Assembly (NCBI GenBank): GCA_048938855.1
Contig: JBHLLT010000032.1
Location: 1-30,663 of the forward strand
Source of the DNA: Promethearchaeota archaeon
Lineage (GTDB): Archaea > Asgardarchaeota > Lokiarchaeia > Sigyniarchaeales > SOKP01
Reading direction: 5' to 3'
Length of the DNA stretch: 30,663 bases
In this document: positions 26,791 through 30,663 of the stretch, piece after piece
Numbering within the stretch: position 1 is the first letter of the stretch
How the letters are laid out: each line of letters begins with the position of its first letter
The notes under the pieces: generated by a model
Seen by the model: only the letters and a program-made list of their open reading frames with translations
Told to the model about the DNA's origin: nothing
The model's database searches: none
Made by a program: the position numbers and the translations under genes

Positions 26791-27852
26791 TTAACCGATT
26801 TCATATATTTGGTAGTTAAGATGAAATATATTTCCTTCTTCACTATAATCTTTTATAGAATATAAGACAAGTTGAACTTCTTGTTTTGTTACTACAGGGA
26901 ATTTATAAAAAACAGAGTTATATTTTAGAACCTTGGAATTTTTTTTGTATTTCTCTATAAAATCAAGGTGTTGATTTATCCTATCATTATTTATATCATT
27001 ATTTAATTCCTTAATGGTTTCTATGTTTTTTTTAAAGACATCTTTAAATTCAGATTTCAATTCATACCCGATAGAATTTCTACCGGAAATCATTGCTGCT
27101 ATTGAAGTGGTTCCAGTTCCCCAAAATGGATCTAGTATAATATCTTCAAATAATGAAAACATATTGATCAAGCGATAAGGAATTTCCAGAGGGTAAGATG
27201 CTGATCGTTCCCTTAATTCAATTTGATTATTACTATTGAAATTAAGAGTTTGAGAAATTCCTCTTATATCATCCCAAATATCTGAAAACCACTTATTTCT
27301 TTCTTCCCAAAAGAAGGCACTATAATATCTATTTTTTAATTTGGGTTTTATATTCCTTATATTTTCTCCCTTTCTAAAAATTAAAATATATTCATGTTCA
27401 AGGGTAACATATGCGTTAGGGGGAAGCATACCTGAGCCCATAAATTTATTAGGGCTATTTGTTGGTTTTCGCCATAATACACCAGGTAATTGTATATAAT
27501 TTTTAGCTAGAAATGTATTAGCTATTTTGATATGATTCGGAAATAATTGAAAAGATTTTCCAATTTTTCTGGTAGCGTCTCCAACATTTATACATAAAAT
27601 CCCTCCAACTTTTAAAACTCGAGTAACTTCTGCCCACACTTTATCCAGCTCCTGATGCATCAAATCAAAGGCTCTCTTTCCGTCTCCGTTCTCAAGTGTA
27701 TGCTTAATCTCATTGTTTAAAGATGAAAATAATGGATCCCACATTTCAATCATAGGATACGGAGGTGAAGTTATAATTAAATCTATAGAATTAGACTCTA
27801 GTTCACTCATATCTGATGAATTTTTAAAAAAAACTTTATGAATAGTATCCAT
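26791..27852 (-). CDS. Site-specific DNA methyltransferase, beta class (SPPY, likely N4-cytosine)
   Basis: SIDLIITSPPY precedes ILDPFWGTGTT, with HEYILIFRKG and RNSIGYEL. Confidence 0.9.
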   Translation of the reverse strand: MDTIHKVFFKNSSDMSELESNSIDLIITSPPYPMIEMWDPLFSSLNNEIKHTLENGDGKRAFDLMHQELDKVWAEVTRVLKVGGILCINVGDATRKIGKSFQLFPNHIKIANTFLAKNYIQLPGVLWRKPTNSPNKFMGSGMLPPNAYVTLEHEYILIFRKGENIRNIKPKLKNRYYSAFFWEERNKWFSDIWDDIRGISQTLNFNSNNQIELRERSASYPLEIPYRLINMFSLFEDIILDPFWGTGTTSIAAMISGRNSIGYELKSEFKDVFKKNIETIKELNNDINNDRINQHLDFIEKYKKNSKVLKYNSVFYKFPVVTKQEVQLVLYSIKDYSEEGNIFHLNYQIYEIG

Positions 27853-28020
27853 ATTTGATGATCAAAGATTAAAAATTCAAATTCTATATATCAATATTTT
27901 ATTTAAAACTTATGTAAATTTTTATCAAAGAATAGATAAAGACAAGTCGTAGCACCGAAAATTTTCACATATTCATATTGAATACTTAATTATTTTAATA
28001 TATAGGGGAATTTAAAATTT

Positions 28021-29121
28021 TTAATTTAATAATTGAATAAAATATCCTATGATTCTCAATTTATTATCAAATCGATTAAAATCTGTTATAATTCCTTTTA
28101 ATCCAGATCCATTATGATAAAAAGTTTTATCAAATTTCATATTTACTATTCCAGAGTTTCCAGGAAGGATTTCATCTCCTTCAGTAAATTTGAATGGTGT
28201 AGATTTTAAATCTACCAGCGCATTATATTGAATCCCATTTCCTGGCTTTACAACATTATCCTTAGGTTTATAAAATTGATTAATAAAGACCCTTGCCTTA
28301 ATTTGGTGTTCTGATATGAATATTCCTTGATTAGTTAAAATGTTATCTCTACTGATATCTTCTGCGGAAATATTACCCTTTAATGCGAGACCTACTCGAT
28401 CACCTTTAATAGCCGTCTTAAAATCTCGATCATGCTTTTGGATACTTCGAATAATAACTTTTTTACTAGGGCCATCATACCCCGTTAATTCTAACATTTG
28501 GCCAGTGCTTATTTTTCCTTCCTTGACGATTCCTAAAATAACGGTTCCAATACCCTTTACTGGAAAAGCGTGATCTATTAAAATTTTCGTAATTCCATTA
28601 ATTTCGTTATTTAATTCTTCAGACCGTGAATGAAGTTCAATTATTTTCCTTTTCAACTTAATGTAATCTTCTTTAATCCTTAAATCGATTAATTGTGTAT
28701 CTTTTAAACTAGTTGTATCTAGAATTTTTTTTACTTTTTCCTTAAAATCTAATAATTTCCACTCATTTCTAGAAGTAATACCAGAAATTACTACTAACTC
28801 CTGAGTATTATATATTTGGTGAAATAAATCCATCCCCACAATAATTTCTCCTATTATAGAGTTTAAACCAATATCTAAATCTAAAACCAAAAGATGAATA
28901 TTAGTTAAGACCAGTGTTTGTAAAAAAGGTTTAATTTTATTAGGATAATCTAAAGGAGTCAATGCACAAAATACTTGGTTCAGCTCTGCATCAAGTCGAT
29001 TGTAAAATTGAATATCTGATTTTGTACCTGGTGCACCTAATGCTTGTCCAATAAGTTTATTATACTCTAAATTTGCTCCAAAAATTCCTACAATAAAATT
29101 ATGTTCCACAGATTCACTCAT
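28021..29121 (-). CDS. SelB-like/EF-Tu-fold protein with a degenerate G domain (aSelBL-like)
   Basis: Domain II motifs LIDHAFPVKGIGTVILG and IRSIQKHD...GDRVGLAL are present, along with GTKSDI and DYPNKIKP. GxxxxGKS/T, DxxG and NKxD are absent, and there is no domain IV. Confidence 0.8.
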   Translation of the reverse strand: MSESVEHNFIVGIFGANLEYNKLIGQALGAPGTKSDIQFYNRLDAELNQVFCALTPLDYPNKIKPFLQTLVLTNIHLLVLDLDIGLNSIIGEIIVGMDLFHQIYNTQELVVISGITSRNEWKLLDFKEKVKKILDTTSLKDTQLIDLRIKEDYIKLKRKIIELHSRSEELNNEINGITKILIDHAFPVKGIGTVILGIVKEGKISTGQMLELTGYDGPSKKVIIRSIQKHDRDFKTAIKGDRVGLALKGNISAEDISRDNILTNQGIFISEHQIKARVFINQFYKPKDNVVKPGNGIQYNALVDLKSTPFKFTEGDEILPGNSGIVNMKFDKTFYHNGSGLKGIITDFNRFDNKLRIIGYFIQLLN

Positions 29122-29263
29122 TAAATCTAAAAAATGTGATGTGAAACTAAAGTTTTACGACTAAAAAGGAAAACTTTAAATTTCACATTTTTAACCATGA
29201 TTTTAAATTCTTTATTCATCCATTTAAAAAGATTAAAATTAAATTAACTATTATTTGAATATC

Positions 29264-30663
29264 ATGGTTAGAACCGCAATGGTTAACCAAGTTATTTTGA
29301 TAATTCTTGATGATGTTCGCGCAGAGCATTTATTTAAATGGATGAATGAGGGAAAACTTCCAAATATAAAAAGAATAGCTGATAATGGTATTGCATGTGC
29401 TAATTGTGTTACTTCATATCCTGCTATAACTTTTCCTTGTTATGGTAATATAGTTACTGGCTCATATTCAGGGTATTTTCCTAAAGAGGGAAATGGAGTT
29501 CCAATGTATCACTGGTTAAATCGATCAGATCCTCCATCAAAGAGTAAAAAACCTCCTTTTATTCGTAATTATGGAGAACGATCGCAATTATTAAAGGTCA
29601 ACAAAGATATTGGAAAAAATGTGAAGACTATTTTTGAACAGTCCCTACAAGGGAATAAATTAAGCTCAAGCTGTTTTTTGTTTCGGGGAGCGTATTTTGT
29701 TGCAGCAAAAAATGTTTTTGATGTAGAGGGAATCTTTAATAATATTAAAATTGCATTTGAGCATCCTCAAAGTTATTTCCCAGATAAGGAAGTTCCATTA
29801 ATCAGTGTAGGATATATTTTCCAAACAGATGATATTATGCATAGGAAAGGATTCAATGATAACAATTATATTAATTTAATTATAAAATGTGATAAATATC
29901 TTGGATCTTTAATCGATACACTTAAAAAGATGGGACATTACGATTCTACAGCAATAGGTATCATTACAGATCATGGGAATTATCAAGCAAAAAATTTTTT
30001 TGACCTTGAACCATTCTTTCAACAAAAAGGACTAGTTCCATATGTTCCTGAAAAAGGAAGTGGAGATTTTGATTGTAACTTTGGCTCAGTTGGCTTCTTT
30101 AATTTTCCCGGAGAAACATGGCACCATCATCCTTCCATTCAAGAAATGCAAAAATTTAAAGTTAGCGGAAGTGGAAAAAAAGAAATAAATCTTTTTAAAA
30201 CTTTATGGGAGATTCCAGGAATTAAATATATGTACTATAGAGATAATAAGAATACACCAGAAAAAGGAACTATTCATATTGAATATTTTGAAAATGAATC
30301 CAGAAAAAAATACCATGGATTGATTGATTATCGAGGTTTTGGGAAAGATCAACAAACAAAATATAGCTTTGAAGGTAAGGATTTTTATCAATATAGTGAA
30401 AATGAAATTACTGCAAAGATTCTTGATAATAAGTATCATACTTTAGAAGAATGGTTAGAAGCCACAAACACTATAAACTTTCCAATATTAATTGATCAAA
30501 TTCCAAGATATTTTAAAAATCCTAGATCTTGTGATATTGTTGTTTCAACTTTAGGCGATTATTACTTCAATTATGAACACGGACATACTGTAGGAGATTC
30601 ACCATTCTCTCATGATATTGGAATTAGAGACTCTATGATTGTGCCATTTATTATTGGTGGTTC
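29264..30663 (+). CDS. Alkaline phosphatase superfamily protein (NPP/phosphodiesterase type), 3' end outside the window
   Basis: Missing from the ORF track because it runs off the window. Manual translation gives MVRTAMVNQVILIILDDVRAE...GKLPNIKRI...TSYPAITFPC...ITDHG...SHD, with metal ligands and a Thr nucleophile. An alternative ATG lies at 29279. Confidence 0.85.
   Translation, partial: MVRTAMVNQVILIILDDVRAEHLFKWMNEGKLPNIKRIADNGIACANCVTSYPAITFPCYGNIVTGSYSGYFPKEGNGVPMYHWLNRSDPPSKSKKPPFIRNYGERSQLLKVNKDIGKNVKTIFEQSLQGNKLSSSCFLFRGAYFVAAKNVFDVEGIFNNIKIAFEHPQSYFPDKEVPLISVGYIFQTDDIMHRKGFNDNNYINLIIKCDKYLGSLIDTLKKMGHYDSTAIGIITDHGNYQAKNFFDLEPFFQQKGLVPYVPEKGSGDFDCNFGSVGFFNFPGETWHHHPSIQEMQKFKVSGSGKKEINLFKTLWEIPGIKYMYYRDNKNTPEKGTIHIEYFENESRKKYHGLIDYRGFGKDQQTKYSFEGKDFYQYSENEITAKILDNKYHTLEEWLEATNTINFPILIDQIPRYFKNPRSCDIVVSTLGDYYFNYEHGHTVGDSPFSHDIGIRDSMIVPFIIGG

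Noticed and set aside
21422-27852. Complete restriction-modification system or defence island
   Set aside because: No recognisable endonuclease, specificity subunit, integrase or flanking repeats. The intervening genes include a metabolic ligase.
28021-29121. Canonical SelB/EFSec elongation factor
   Set aside because: It lacks the GTPase motifs and domain IV, so it is called aSelBL-like and given no gene symbol.
1390-30439. Short ORF-track entries overlapping larger genes (e.g. 1390-1587, 6100-6282, 6545-6793, 6733-6969, 7204-7389, 8459-8647, 8936-9118, 9911-10117, 13114-13302, 14378-14572, 15767-16063, 15961-16167, 16738-16923, 18014-18205, 18474-18677, 25055-25267, 25989-26183, 28340-28573, 30203-30439)
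   Set aside because: They are antisense shadows of well-supported genes and carry no recognisable motifs.
1-30663. CRISPR array, IS element or provirus at the tRNA
   Set aside because: I saw no regularly spaced repeats, transposase, integrase or duplicated tRNA 3' end by eye.

Overview
AT-rich archaeal chromosomal segment, very probably from an Asgard archaeon of the Lokiarchaeia type. This is inferred from a gelsolin-domain protein, two 7TM-longin fusions, a roadblock-like remnant, GGTGA/GAGGT ribosome-binding sites and a eukaryote-like SECIS hairpin. Ordinary content: an ArsR-type regulator, two TPR proteins, a P1B Zn/Cd-type ATPase, Ogg2, tRNA-Leu(CAG), a DedA/VTT protein, an RDD protein, an acyl-CoA ligase, two orphan DNA methyltransferases, a GTPase-dead SelB-like factor and a partial alkaline-phosphatase-family gene. 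There is also a corrinoid methyltransfer cluster: two pyrrolysine-free MttB-family genes, a corrinoid protein, a divergent Cys/Met PLP enzyme and a GPH/MFS transporter. The top finding concerns the 'hypothetical' ORF 25834-26694. It extends upstream through an in-frame TGA (25813) to a probable ATA start at 25774, and its stop is immediately followed by a eukaryote-type SECIS (26693-26774). This points to a selenoprotein from a family I do not recognise, about 1.3 kb from the SelB-like gene. No searches or folding programs were run; all calls come from reading motifs.
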